Origin: Azolla caroliniana
Lineage: Eukaryota > Plantae > Polypodiophyta
Length of the DNA stretch: 64,000 nucleotides
Direction: 5' to 3'
Assembly (NCBI GenBank): GCA_043228905.1
Contig: JBHGNT010000011.1
Coordinates: forward strand, 21,576,001 to 21,640,000
Under the pieces are notes generated by a model. That model saw nothing but the letters and a program-made list of their open reading frames with translations. It was not told the origin of the DNA and did no database searches. This document shows positions 47,901 through 63,679 of this stretch, in pieces; position 1 is the stretch's first letter; each line of letters starts with the position of its first letter. The position numbers and the translations under genes were made by a program.

Positions 47901-50019
47901 ATACGATTCTATGAAATCATTGTGAAGGACTTTTTTGAACCTTAAGCATATATTCAACAACTCTTTCTATGGCCATGATCTCGCTGAGAAGTGATATTGT
48001 CTATAGAAGTGGGAGGGTGCATAGTGTTTGTTTCTTGACTTGGAGAAACTTTGTAAGAAAATGTTTTTGACTATTTTCAAACTCTTTGCAAGTGGACTTA
48101 GGGATGTAACTGGCCCATTCTTGAGGTATTTCTTGTGGAACAAACACATAATTTCTCCACCATTGTGTGTGATCTTGAATGCATAATTTGCTCTCTTTCT
48201 TGCCTCTAAGTGGTGGGTAATACATTCATTCCATCTCCAATTTGAGGGAACTTTAAGGCCAAGGTATTTAAAGCTTTCCACAATCTCAAGTGGCTGATTA
48301 CTGTAATGTATGGTTTATCCTTATTTTGGCTCTTTATAAGCATAATCTTTGTTTTAGAGATATTGACAGTCCACTTAATTTGCATGCAAAACTTTTCCAA
48401 TGCCCTCATAATCTTTTGGCATTTTCTAAAGTATTTGCAAAATGCACCACATCATCTGCATATAACAAAAGCATGATAATTACATCCCCGATAACAACTT
48501 CTTCAATGCCTTTTTCCCTTACAAAGTTGGCAACTGTTTGTTCTAATTAATCAATGCATTGACAAAATGGTACGTGAGAGTGGGCATCTTTGCTTGACAC
48601 CAATAGGTTTGCGAAATATAAATGATAGACAAAATAGATTTGGGCACCCCAAGTTCTTGCATGGACTTGCAAAGATGCTCACGAGTTACCATATCAAAAG
48701 TTTTCTTGAAGTCTACGAAGCAACAATATACATTGTTACCTCTTAAGCAACTTTCTTCCATCAATACTCAAAACATGACATGGTGATGAATGGTGCTTTA
48801 GTGTTTTCGGAAGCCAACTTGTCCTTGCGCTCTCTTACCATTTTTTTTCAGCCGATGCACTTACCTTTGATTCCATTATACATTCAAATAGTTTTGCCAT
48901 AAGTGAGCCGACCATGATAGTCTCATAATTGTTTGCATCCTTTATCTCCGCCTTTATGTAAGGTTAAATTCAATTCGTACCCCAATTGTAGGGCATTCTA
49001 TGTTGTAATGCATGACTAAAAATATCACTTTGTATTCCATGCATATGTTTCCTTTCCCGTCAATCTAAGCATCTCAGCCTTTATACATCGAAGAGCTCTT
49101 ACCTTTCAATAGTCTAGTTTCTTAAGCCCTATGTGCACATCTTCAATTGTAGAGAGAGAGAGAGACAGAGAATGCGTGGTGGAATGATTTTGTGATGGAT
49201 CACAACTCACTAATTTGAAGTGCACAGCTAATATACAAGAAAGTAGTGGTGACTGGACTTCATATCCAAAGTTTGTTAGTGCGTTGGATTATATGAAGCT
49301 TATAGAGAGTTGATGATGACACTCATAAACTAATCATGTGAGGCCAACATGCCGATGCGACTAATAAGTCATCCATTGAGAGCTAATAAAATATCCAATG
49401 AACAGATTTGCCAAACAGATCTATGAGACAATATAAGATGCACTCTATGTGAAAACGATATTTATCATCTTACTGAGAATTGTGGATGTTTAGTTCTACA
49501 GTTTCTTGTGAATGGGGTTTGGTCCTATAGTCATTGACACTCTTAACCTTTTAATGCAAAGTTGTTTGTTTGGCAAATAACTATTGGAGGTTAGTGGCTA
49601 AACTAGTAAGATTTGAACTATGTTTAACCAGCCTATAGCAAGACAGATGATGGTGATATATTAATCGCATTATGTAATGTTAGTCATATTTAGTTTTGTG
49701 TACTAACATAAACATTCATGAAAAAAGATGAAGAGAGACTTGTTTGTATTTCAGGTATTTGTCACATGTAAAGAGGTGTCCCGATTGTTCTAAGGCACTC
49801 AACTTTGTCAAAGGGCTTGAATTGTTTCTTGAAGCTTTATCTGTTGGGATAGCTGCCTTGTTAGGGGCTGCTGCAATCAAGCCATTACCACAATTGGGAA
49901 GATGGAGTTTGTTATTAGTGATTGGTTCCATATGTTCTTTGGTAGCTTCTAGATGGTTGGGTCACGTAATTAAGAAAACATACTACGTCCATGATTACAA
50001 TCACGGGCTTATTAAGTGA
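38980..50019 (+). CDS. PTC52: PTC52/ACD1-like Rieske non-heme iron oxygenase (PAO family); exons 38980-39513, 40136-40323, 40426-40492, 44332-44466, 44586-44789, 45210-45394, 49755-50019
   Basis: Transit peptide, Rieske motifs CPHRLAPLSEG..CSYHGW, iron motif ENLMDPAHVPFAHH, PVSPGHSRVIW..PRNF, C-terminal HVKRCPDC and HDYNH. GT-AG introns keep the frame. Confidence 0.92.
40717..40978. repeat. Two-copy ~120-bp tandem duplication in PTC52 intron 3
   Basis: 40717-40836 matches 40859-40978 (AACCAAGTC...TGTTCAAACTATGCTTGGCAAACAATATT). Confidence 0.8.
41590..42660 (+). mobile_element. Degenerate LINE 3' fragment (RT C-terminus, RTE-like) in PTC52 intron 3
   Basis: YKGEPIKVMQSFKFL, LRYGVEVWG and a C-terminal region resembling the LINE relics at 47-49 kb. 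Ends are approximate. Confidence 0.65.
47060..47760 (+). mobile_element. Degenerate LINE RT fragment in PTC52 intron 6
   Basis: GVKQGCPLLATLFGLYIDEL and YADDIVLISNS.EGLQRHL. Confidence 0.85.
47763..49140 (-). mobile_element. Degenerate LINE RT fragment (opposite orientation)
   Basis: YCCFVDFKKTFDMVTREHL, LYADDVV, VNISKTKIM and ESFKYLGL. Confidence 0.85.
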
Positions 50020-50573
50020 TTGTAAATAAAATGTCGGCATGACTTAAAATAAATATATGTAACCCAACATTCTACATTCTACTTTTATGGCACAATTAAT
50101 AAACTAGTGTCACATTAGCCCATTAATCAATTGTCACAATTGATTGTGTGCATTATGTCTGCCTCTCCTTATTGTTTTTAATACCTCATGTCATTTTTCA
50201 TGTTGATATATATTGATTTATTAGATTATAAAAATGGTGGGTTCAAATGAGTATAATGTACTTACAACAAGAGTGCAAGCAAGCCACACGCTTTCATAGT
50301 ACATATGGGGATTAGTTTAGCATTAACGTGGAATCTATAATAAAAACATATAGCCACGCGATGTGATCGGTGATTCGTAGACCTTGGGTTGCTTAAGCCC
50401 AATATCTTCCATACAGTTATGTATAACTAGTAGACCGACCAATGATACTTTACTCAGTTTTCAGTAAATGGAGAAGACCTTTAATTGTCATTGTAGTGTT
50501 ACCAGTTCACATTTCACAGACTAGTGAGACCAGTGACCACCACAGTTTCATCGCGAGACGTTTTGTTTTTGGA

Positions 50574-50712
50574 TGACATTCTGCTTTAATGACACATTCA
50601 GTTTTTGAGGTGAGTTGTACTCAATAGCGTATTTAGGTTTTTGATGTGACATTCCGTTTCAATAGCATATTTAGGTTTTTGAAGTGACATTCCACTTTAA
50701 TTGCATATTTGG
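50574..50712. repeat. ~38-bp tandem repeat, ~4 degenerate copies
   Basis: Units resemble TGACATTCCGTTTCAATAGCATATTTAGGTTTTTGA. Confidence 0.7.
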
Positions 50713-51997
50713 ATTACATTAATCATCCTTCAATTCCGTTTTCCATTGATTGGATGTTCATTAACTATCCTTCCTTGAAAATTGCAGGAAGCTCTATACC
50801 CATGTTTAATGCACACTAATAATAATCTTAATTATTACAATAAACAGAAATCATATGCTAATCAGTGTTGTGATTAGTCATCCCTCTGATTTTTTGAAAG
50901 GTGATTTTTACAAGCTGATATTTTGAAGGGCAGGGGACTGAAACTAAACTAATTGGAGGGTTAATATTGCTATTTTCCTTTACATGAGGTCTCTCACAAC
51001 ATAGATGAGATAGGAAGTGGTTGAAATGTGGTATTATAGGATCTAGGACCCCAAACAATCCCATCAATAGGTTAGTGTAGGCCAAAAGAATTGTATGCTT
51101 GATAAATTATCATGCCATGTATTGAATGTTGGTATATGTAATAGGATCTTGGATCCTGAATGTAATATTTTAGGGAATGTTGTCGAATATCTTAGAAGAC
51201 AAATAGTCCTTAGATTTATGAAATATGTTGACACTAAAGGACAAATCACATGGGACCACATATAAATACATATGTGTAAGATCCTCTTGCAATCGTATCA
51301 TGGTCTACATTTTTGGAATGAATTGGATAGCTGAGTATACCAAAAGTTTGTATAGCGTTGGACCACTGACTTGTAGGCTCCATTATTCAATATTGCTACA
51401 ACTAGCATAACGAAGCAAGCCACGGGATTCTTGTCAAGGTTCCATAAAATTTGGGCAATATAACATAGTTGAGAAATTTGGGCAATGCAATTCCAATAAA
51501 TACATCAACTTGAACCCAACTTGAACTCATCCTTGGGAATTATGTTGGAGTGATGGTACGGAATTTGGGCCAATCTCTCTAACATACAAGAAACATAAAG
51601 TAATTGGATGATCATACCCTTGTGTTGAATCCCCCATCCATAACCTATAGGGATCAAATATCCAATCGCTCAACGGTTTTCATCACAAGGGCATTGGTGT
51701 GTGCCCCTAACAAGTAGATCACGGAAGTTGTAATTGAATTTCTCTCATAACATACACGAGAAAGTAAGTGGATAGAGACATCTCATATGGAATGTTCTTG
51801 GGTCGAGTATGAAATACGTCAACTAATCCCAACAGCTAGGGTAGCGTGCTAGGCCCTTAGATCCCCTAGAAATTTGGTTGTCCTAGAGATCACAGGATCT
51901 TCCCTAATGGACTTTTTAACATCCATAATGATTTGAGAATAAATGGGTTCCCAAGGTGAAAGCAATGATTCCTCTGGTTGAAACTTGAGTGTTCACA

Positions 51998-52015
51998 TAT
52001 ACATACATACATACA

Positions 52016-52045
<30 letters not shown>
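51998..52045. repeat. (ACAT)n microsatellite
   Basis: Direct reading. Confidence 0.9.
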
Positions 52046-52046
<1 letters not shown>

Positions 52047-52616
52047 GTATACATATCATAACTTAGGAAAAGTGGTGACAAATTGGCTATTGGGCACTTA
52101 AAATGATTCAAGAAACAAGTCCCTAGGCAAGACGAAGAATGGAATTCTGAAGCCCTAGAGAGAGAGAGAGAGAGAGAGAGAGATCATGTCCAAGATCTTC
52201 CTCCTAGATGGGCACCCAAATTCTGATTCCAAGAATCAAGACAAGCAGTGTGGTCAACGAAGGAATGGGCATGAATAGGCAGGCACTTGCCTATCTAGAG
52301 TTTAACAACCCAACTAACACGACTCTGTTTGTCCCTCCCATCCCATAAACCGAGGCTCTCAGAAGAGGACCAAAACGAAGGGTTCGTAAAAAGAGAAAGT
52401 TGGAGGAGGAGAAAAAGATACTTGAGCTCTATCTATTATTACTACACACACGGACGGACAGGTGTGAAACCAAAATAGGGAGAAGAAGAAACAGAGGAGG
52501 AGAGATGCTCATTTCTCTATCATCAATCTTCCTCCTTATATGGATGGCTCTACAGAATTAAAGAGTAAAAATATGCTTCACTAAAATCCATCTCCAGAGA
52601 GAGACACCACAATACA

Positions 52617-54695
52617 ATGCCGCCCACTATTATTACTCCTTTGTCTCGCATTCTGTTAAGCCTCGCCTTGTTCAGCTTCTGCTTCCCCAAAGGTTCTCAA
52701 GGTAAGAGAGACATTCATGATAAATAAATTTCTATCCAAATCTCCATTTGAATTTGCTCCTTAAGTTGTGCTTAATTCCATCAAGCTGTTAACAACAACA
52801 GTAGCCACATCTCTCTACTAAATCCTGTCCTTGATCCATGTATATGTATGTGGATACCATTTAGGTAGTGCATGATTTGTGCCCAAAAGGGACCCATTTG
52901 TGAATGACATGTTAAAGAGTAAATTCAACATAAGTGGTTGGTTTTGCAAGGTGGATTTGTGGGAATCACATTGGGCACGCAATTCTCTGGCTCGCCATCA
53001 CCACAGTCAGTGGTCCAGCTCCTTGTCCACCAGTCGATCTCCAACGTCCGCCTCCTAGATGCGAACTCATCCATGTTGCAAGCCCTGGCCAACACCGGTA
53101 TCCAAGTCATGGTCACTGTCCCCAACACCCAACTCCTTGGGGTCGGAGAGTCTAACTCGACCGCCACGAATTGGATCAAGAACAATGTGTTGGCCTACTT
53201 ACCCAGCACCAACATTACCGCGGTCTGTGTGGGCACCGAGGTCCTGTCCACCGATCCGAATGCCGCCCTAGTCCTTGTGCCCGCCATGAAATTCCTCCGA
53301 TCCGCCCTCCTCGCATCCAATCTCTCCTCTCACATCAAAGTTTCCACAACCCATGACCCTTCCCTCATCCTCGACTCCTTCCCCCCCTCCCAAGCCTATT
53401 TCAACAAGTCTTGGACGGCTTCGGTCGTCGGCCCCATGCTTGACTTCTTGTCCTCCTCTGGCTCCTTCTTCATGCTGAATGTCTTCTCCTATGACATCTA
53501 TAAAGCGAGTGCCGGCATCATCAACCTCGATTATGCACTCTTGAACCCGATTACCCCCGGTAAAGTAGTGGTCGACTCCAACACTTTGTACCAATACCGG
53601 AACCTCTTCGATGCTGTTGTCGACTCGACTTTTTTTGCTTTGGCCCAGCTCAACCATAGTGAGATTCCAGTGGTCGTGTCCGCCTCGGGATGGCCGTCCG
53701 CTGGGGACCCGAGTGCAGACCCAGACGCCACCGCCGACAACGCAGCACAACACAATAGTAACCTCATTGCCCACATCATCAACGGCACCGGCACCCCGAA
53801 GCGACCAAAGGCTGTGATCAACACATACCTTTATGAGCTCTTCAATGAGGATACGAAGATCGGTTCGGTGACCGATCGGAATTATGGGTTGTTCAATGCC
53901 AGCTCCATGGCAGCTGTTTATGTTCTTCGATTGAGCAATTCGGGTCCCTTACTAGCGAACGACACGAGCACGCAACTCTATTGCGTGGCCAAGTTGGGGG
54001 CGGACCCCGATGCCTTGCAAATTGCTCTCGACTGGGCGTGTGGGGTCGGGCAGGCAAACTGCACGGCCATCCAGCCCGGACAACTCTGCTATGAGCCCGA
54101 CAATGTGCAATCACATGCATCGTATGCGTTCAACAACTACTACCAAATGAACAACCGGGTCGATGGGAGTTGCGACTTCAACGGTGTCGCTACCGTTTCG
54201 ACAACCAACCCTGGTACTGGAACGAGACTACTACCTTGTCCCCCTCCCCCTAGTATTTTGAGACCACGAGCTTTTCTGTGTGCGTGTGTGATTGGTTACT
54301 ACCCACATATATGTCTACTACACATACTTATAAGGTCTACTTCCTCTAGACCATAATTTGAGCTGAAACTTGAGAATGGTGGAGGGTGTCTCTGTCCACT
54401 TGGAAACTGTTCTTTTGATTTTAGTCATGGGAAATGGGGCTGTTTGCTACATGGGCAAATCTGTGGACATTAATTTTCGAGTCCAGACTGAGTGGACATT
54501 ACTTTCCACACTCACACACTTATCTTATGCACTAATTGTCTAGACTCCTCCTCTATATATGTATAGCTCTCTCCTTTTATTTATTTACACTTCTATTTCT
54601 CTGCCATTTTGCCTTGCTTTTTGTGATATGTGTGTGACATGTGTGTTGGGTGGGTGTGTTGGGTGGGGTTGATTCCATTCCAATTTCCCATCACA

Positions 54696-54726
<31 letters not shown>

Positions 54727-55650
54727 TCCTTTTTTCACCCCCTCCAATTGATTGTTACCCACAATTTTTCCCATCACATATTCCCTTTTTCCCATTGATT
54801 GTCCACCCTTTTTTATCTCCCCTCAATAGGACTACTTAGTACATAGACCTCTGTTTTTCCAATCTTATTTACTCTGTGTGTGTGTGCAGAGTGTGGCTGT
54901 CCCCCTTCTTCTTCACTTGAGATTTGTGCTTCTCAACTAATGATAGTATTCCTTCCTTTATTTTCAACTTCATACTATTATTATTGTTGTTATTCAAATC
55001 TCCATCCTTCTTTTGTCAGAGCCATTGACAAGCTACACCCAACTCACTCCAACAAATATTCAAATCCCCCAAAACTGCAAAGAAAAATAATAGTAAAAAA
55101 ATAATAATTTAAAGAGTAAAGACTAAAGAAAGGAAACTGTTCTTCTTCTTTTTGTTGGGGGTTTTCAGATAATTGCTCACTCACAGAGAGGGCTTTTTTA
55201 TTATTAAATGTTTGTATTGATTTGGTTCTTTCTTTCTCCTAATAACTACATATTTGAAAATACTGTGCAGGTAATAATGTGTGCATTTACATGGGCAGGT
55301 AATCTACCCCTTCCTTTCAATTCACTTGCTCACTCATTTAATTCAACAAATGTATGTATGTATTTGCTTTCTTAAAGTTATTACATACATATCCCTTACA
55401 ATGACCACCTTGCTTTTCACACCTTTGAAGCAGCTCTGCCAACATCAATAGTACGGCCACCAGCACCAACGGTACGGCCAACAGTACCAATACCTCCAAC
55501 AACACTACCAACTCATCAGCCACACTCAACACCAACACCTCCTCTTCCTCCTCTCCTCTTGTCCATGGTGCCCCCTCTCTCTTCCACACACAAATCGCTT
55601 TCACACTTGCTTCCCTTTTCCTTGTCTTGGCCGTCTCGGCCCAATTTTGA
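52617..55650 (+). CDS. GPI-anchored GH17 beta-1,3-glucanase-like protein with X8 (CBM43) domain; exons 52617-52701, 52951-54213, 55271-55298, 55431(or 55434)-55650
   Basis: Signal peptide, GH17 barrel (FVGI, VGTEVL, YRNLFDA, GWPSAG, YELFNED), X8 domain (YCVAK..ALDWACG..HASYAFN.YYQ..CDFNG), S/T/N-rich stalk and hydrophobic tail. Confidence 0.93.
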
Positions 55651-58600
55651 ATCGAACCCACCAATTCTCTTATCACTTTGTTTAAAATATTCATTCCGAC
55701 TTACCCTTTTTCTTCCCGTGATCGTGCTAGAGAGCATCTATTCCATTTTATAAACCATCAACGGTGACACTTTAGGATTCTCCTCCTCCCCCCCCCCCTT
55801 CATCTTTTTGTCGACTTCCCTCTTCCCGAGGACGGAAAGAAAAAAGTGTAGTGTGTGGATGAGTTCAATCCCCATTCTAATATTTGTTGCTTTGTAAAAA
55901 AACAAAAATCCCGATATATGAAACAAACCTGAGTCATATCTGTGTTGTGTAATACAAACTCCAAAAAATGTTTCGATCTAGTCGTGCTTTTCATCATTGG
56001 GATCTTGTAAAGTAATTAATATAAGCTCCATGAATAGTGATTTGTAAGTCATGAAATTTTCAAGTTAATAAACTTCTCTAGATAAATTACGTGTGTTTTT
56101 AAGGGATCCACAATGTACGTACCAAGGGCCTTTTTTATTGATATAAAAACTTTTTAACATCATTCATCGAAACTAGTAGAAAAACATGTCTAGTGGGTTA
56201 CGGAAATTTTGTTTGAAAGTTTGTATAAACAAGCTCTTTGATCATACTTCCGAAAATTGCATAGCAATTATGCATTGGACTATTGTGCAATGTCAAAATA
56301 AACTTGACACTTTTTAATTTATATTATCATGTGTGTATTGTGAGAGTGTAGAAAATGTAGACTTTAGTTATTTAAAGGTTAATGGCATGTGTATTTCCTC
56401 TTAAAATGAATGGCCAACAACAAAGATTGGAAACTAGGGAGCTAGAATAGAAAATAAGGATAAGAAAGAATAATATTCATCATCCTATTGACTAGGTGAT
56501 TTTTGTCATGTTGATGTAATATCAAAGAGACAAATAAACTCGTAATCATCTAGGAAATAGAGACTCGTTTGATAAGAACATGGTTTAAATGCTATTCACA
56601 ACTATATGGGACGTTTCCTTGCGACTACGAAGAAATGCTTGGTATTTAACTTTTTATGCTCGAGAAGTTGATGACATATTCAAAAGGCTTAATAAATACC
56701 AAAATCATGGCACTAACTAGAGTTACTCGTTGAACATGTTCAGGCTTTGTAGGCCAAACCTTTAATACATTTTTGACGGAAAATAACCAAGAGCTGGGAT
56801 TATATATAAAGAAATCCAAATCGCGAATACAATCAATCTTATAGTAACATGATTTTGTGACCACATGCTCAATTCCAATTGCATATACTTAACAATTGTT
56901 CAAGTAAAATTTTATAACTAATGGAAGGAGTTTTTTGGAAAAAAAAAAAAAACAATTGGTCAAGACGAATATACATATACCATGGGCATCTTTCACTAAT
57001 ATCAACTTTAGAAGTGGGGAGACAAACATGTTGGATTTGGGGTTTGAAGAAACATTTATTTTAGATAATGGATAGTTTGTCACTATTTCTTGTTTTAATT
57101 CTTTAATATAGGTAGACTGGTATCCTTCATTCTTTACCAAATTTGTCATATAAGATAATGGAAGTTACATTTTAAAATAAAATAAAAACAAAAGCAATAC
57201 TTTTATTTCATGCCCTACTTGGGGAACTTTCCCTAAAGGACATGCAAATTGACACTCCACGTGACTCTAGCTTGATAGTAACGTGGGTGTATGAATCTCG
57301 GGACCCTAATGAAACAAATGCAAATTAAGTCATGGTGAGTGTGATTGTAGTTCACATCATAAGTGGCTGTATGAGTTTTAGTATGAATGAGTTAAAAAAT
57401 CATCTAACGTCTTGACAAACTCATGTTTAAATTGGAAAATATGCACATGTATTCTTGAAGTGAAACAAGTGAGGTGAAAGAATATGCTTCTCAAATTCAT
57501 GAGTATTTGACTTTATTATATAAATGTGGTGAGAAAACTAGAATTGACATGAAGTAAAATTCACATCAAGTACACGTAAAACTTGCATTGAAGTTTCTTT
57601 GGGGAACTCCAAACTTTGAATTTTGGGGGTTCCTAAACATTAACATATCCTCAATTTCCAACGAAACATGGAGGGAATTTGCCAAATTCACTTACCTCGA
57701 TCCTTTAATTTCAAGATCCAATGGCTACAACCGTATCCTTCCATTTTAAAAAGCTAGAAAACAAATAGCAAATAAACTGTTATTACCACCTTGGTTCTTA
57801 GGGTTAGGCTCCAAGGGAAACCATGAGAATCATGATGCTTAGTTATGGTAATTATTTACTGTTGAATATGAAGATCACAATTTTGGTACAATAGTATTGG
57901 CCAATATGAATATTCTATGATGTCCTCTTTGTATTTAGAGTGTATTGATGGGAAAACAATCTTTAGCTAGTCAAATAAGACATCACTTGTGACTACACAA
58001 GAATCTCTATTAAGTTCTTTTTGAATAATTTCTTGAAAGCAAACATGAAGTACATAATAATACACTTAGGTAATGTGCCCACTTGGTTAAGATTGTAATT
58101 CTTGAGTTGGGCTAAGGCACGACACCCTTTTTGCAAAATAAAATATACCCGCTTTCCCCCCAATAATTGATATAGTCGTCGTTTTTGCTTCCAACACTAT
58201 GGATAGTTAGAATGTATACAACATGTAGTTGTTGTATTGCTAACAACCCTCATTACGTTATTTTGTGCCACTTCATTGTTGAGTCTTCCTGCCCAACCTT
58301 TTCATTAGTAGTGTTTCCAGTGATGGATGTAATCTCCCACCAGGTCTTTGGTGTCACTTACATCGAAGATATAATGGGAGTAATATTGATAAAATAAACA
58401 TCTTCAAAAATGGGAGCGAAGCACTAGCTTGTCATCATTTGAGAAACTATCTGATTTACTGAGGCCATGTGTGATACTTTTAGTTCGTACTCGGTTATTT
58501 TTTAGCATATGAATCGTGCATGATGTTAGTACATCATAATTGAACCCACATAAAAACAAAAATGTGTGAATAAATATTACTCTTATGCCTCATATTGTCC

Positions 58601-60975
58601 TTGTTTCTCCTATGTAAACATCTCCCTAAATAGCAGTTTATTTTGTGCTTTATTTGGGTTTTCTTCTAGCATTACTAGGTTCTATCTGCAACACTAGAGC
58701 ACCAAACTCCATGGTCCCTTAACCCTTGGTTAGAAGTAAACTATGTTGGTTCCGCCATGGTCTCATGCTTCTTATCAAATTGGACTAAGTAGCTTTTTAC
58801 TTAATTCAAAAATTTCCTCTCAAGGTAGCTCTTTCTTATCGTAAATATTGAATGAGTTTCTCCGAAGGGGCCAAGACTGGTCATGCCTTAGAGTGTTGCA
58901 CTTCCATGGTCACTACCAAATCCTTGGAGGTCACTTTTCTCATGGTAGACTAACCAAGGGATTGGGAGATGTCACTCCACAATGGCAAAGACCACATTAT
59001 ACTTTACCACATAGAATAACTTACCTCTCCACTCAATCCAAATGAGGAAGCTTGAAAGGATACTTAAGCTAAATAAAAAATAACACACACCTAATCGCCA
59101 CATATTTAAGAAATATATTTTACTAGTTATTAAGTAAATAAATACTAACTAAGAAACATACGAGTGTCTCAATTAATAGATCATTAATTTAATTCTTAGT
59201 GGATGCAAAAGGGAGACAATCATGAGCAAATTGTAGCCCTAGAGTTAGAGCACTCAAAGGTCGCTTTTAACATGAGAGTTATTGCCCTTTTATACAAGTT
59301 AGAACCCCTAAATGGTCCTTATTACATTACAAACCCATTCTCCGCACATATTACAATATGACCACGTTCCTTACTTGCATTTGGCATACAACCAATATTT
59401 TAGATTGAAAATATTATGCCAAGTACGAGGTTGTTAAAACTAAAGAATATAACATCATTTCCCTTAACAAGTAACATGCACTAAGGTAAAAAAGCTAGTT
59501 TGAGCCTATTAGCTATACCTATATAACGAGAAATAGGGCTTGCAAAGATTCGATTGATTGGTGGATTATTAACTATGAAGATGAATTCTTGTAGTAGCCT
59601 TAGTTGATAACAAAATATAATGTACTATGTAAAAGCTTCATTGGCATACTCCCTATGTATTTGGGTAGCATTGATTTGACTATTGTAGCTTCAAACTGTG
59701 TAGGGAAGATTTGAGAAGCCTTATGCTACTACTAACAAAAAGCAACACACATGTAGGCATAATCAAAGAAGATGAGACAATATAGGAGGTCATAATGAGG
59801 AAGCCAACAACACAAACATCTCCAATACCGAATGTAAGATAATAAATTTATAAAATACCATAAAGAGCCACAAGCTTTGATGATGTTGGCTTAATTAGGT
59901 GTTATCATGTGCTTGGGAAACCGCATTCAGTTGTTCACTTGATTCATCAATGGATATTGTTATGAAACTATCCAACTAGTCGTAATTGAGGTGGACAATG
60001 AGCCCCCAATAATCTCATCTATGGTGGAAGACATCTAAGCCATTTTTCTTAATACTATTGAAGAAAATCTTTCAAGAAGAAGAAGAAGACATCTAAACCA
60101 TCCCATATTTCTCCCGAAATAGATCATCCTTCGCCACTTGTCACCTCCAAGAAGTGATTACCCAAAATCATCCCATGGGTGTTAGGAAATGGTAATGAGG
60201 GATTGCCTTGAATGGAAAACATAGAAAACTCGCACAATACATGTTGAGGTGAACTTGTTGGCATGTTGTACATTGATATGATCGAAACCTACTTGAGCAT
60301 ACACCTTGCATATGAATATATAACACTCCTTTGGGCATGTATGTGCACTAAAGTCTACCATTGCCCTTACCAGTGGGAGATTCCAACCTTGCATTGATTG
60401 AAGTAGATGCATTAGACATAACTCTCTTATCATTACTAGGTTGATCCTAAATTCTCTGTGTACTCACATAGAATTCCTATACAAACAAAGACTCCCCTCC
60501 CCTCCCCTCTCGTGTTAAGGCATCGATTATCTAGTTCATTATGGGTTTATTAATATTTGAGTGGATGTGTTCTTATAAGAACCCACACATCTTAATACAA
60601 TATGGTATCTTTGATATAATCTCTCTCTCTCTCTCTCTCTAAGGCACACACAAACCACATACCTTATTTAATCTATTCGGCAAGACATAGACATTGTATC
60701 CTTCAATATAGAAGTATATTCTTTGGTTCTTTACATAGTATTTCGGTGTGAGGATGATTCCTTATTGTTATCGTGCAAGAAGAACTAGTTGATACACATT
60801 GACATGGTCAACTATTGCTAATGTAGAGAGAGTGACTACATAGCAGACGCATGGGAGAGCACCACCACACTTCATGTGTTGTGAATATTGAAGGAAGAAA
60901 AAGAGAAGAAGAAACTACCATGAACAAAATGAATGCACAAATGGGTAAGCCTCTTTGGGGGTAAGAAACCCGGCC

Positions 60976-61045
60976 AAAGTGCATATTTAAGTAGTGAAAA
61001 AGAAAATTATACAAAAGTGCATATTTAAGTAGTGAAAAAGAAAAT
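60976..61045. repeat. 32-bp perfect direct duplication upstream of tubulin
   Basis: AAAGTGCATATTTAAGTAGTGAAAAAGAAAAT at 60976-61007 and 61014-61045. Confidence 0.85.
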
Positions 61046-61104
61046 AGTGGAAAAATAATTATAAGCAAAAGGCACAATTGGAGGAACGAACAACACATAT
61101 GCAC

Positions 61105-61106
<2 letters not shown>

Positions 61107-61152
<46 letters not shown>
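61107..61152. repeat. (AG)n microsatellite in tubulin promoter
   Basis: Direct reading. Confidence 0.9.
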
Positions 61153-61154
<2 letters not shown>

Positions 61155-61301
61155 TTAAAAAAAGAAGGAAAAAAAGATTGAGATGCGGAGGGGTACGTGG
61201 GGTGGCGGGGGTGGCCATGCATGAACAATTAAATAAATCAATGGAAGAAGAAGTTATAACAACCGCTACGTCCCTCCATATCATAAGAACAAATTTTAGC
61301 G

Positions 61302-61313
61302 TATATATAAATA
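61302..61313 (+). promoter_or_regulatory. Probable TATA box of beta-tubulin
   Basis: TATATATAAATA about 110 bp upstream of the ATG, followed by a pyrimidine-rich patch. Confidence 0.6.
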
Positions 61314-61422
61314 CCCCTCCCCTCTGCAAACCCATCGCTACCTCCCTCTCTTCTTTCTTCATTCATTCTGCAGCAAAATACATATTAGATTTTAAGTCCG
61401 GGCGTCCATCATCATCATCAGC

Positions 61423-63314
<1,892 letters not shown>

Positions 63315-63568
63315 AGATTACATTTTTTTTTTCTTAATGTCTCCCATTAGGTCCAATGTACTCCTTCTTTTGATCACCACCTCATAATAAACGTAGATCA
63401 ACTATATCCATACCATTGTTATATCCATCCACACTTCCCTCTCCAATTTTCCCATCATGTCTCACTAAACATCTAAATAAACAAACATAGCTAGGAGAGT
63501 TTCGAATAAATGTAATCACATAGCATCGTGTATTCCCACCATCACCCCCCATTAGTTAATAAAGGTTG

Positions 63569-63679
<111 letters not shown>

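Noticed and set aside
60808-61362. 184-aa minus-strand ORF in the tubulin promoter
   Set aside because: Open only because of (AG)n and A-rich low complexity.
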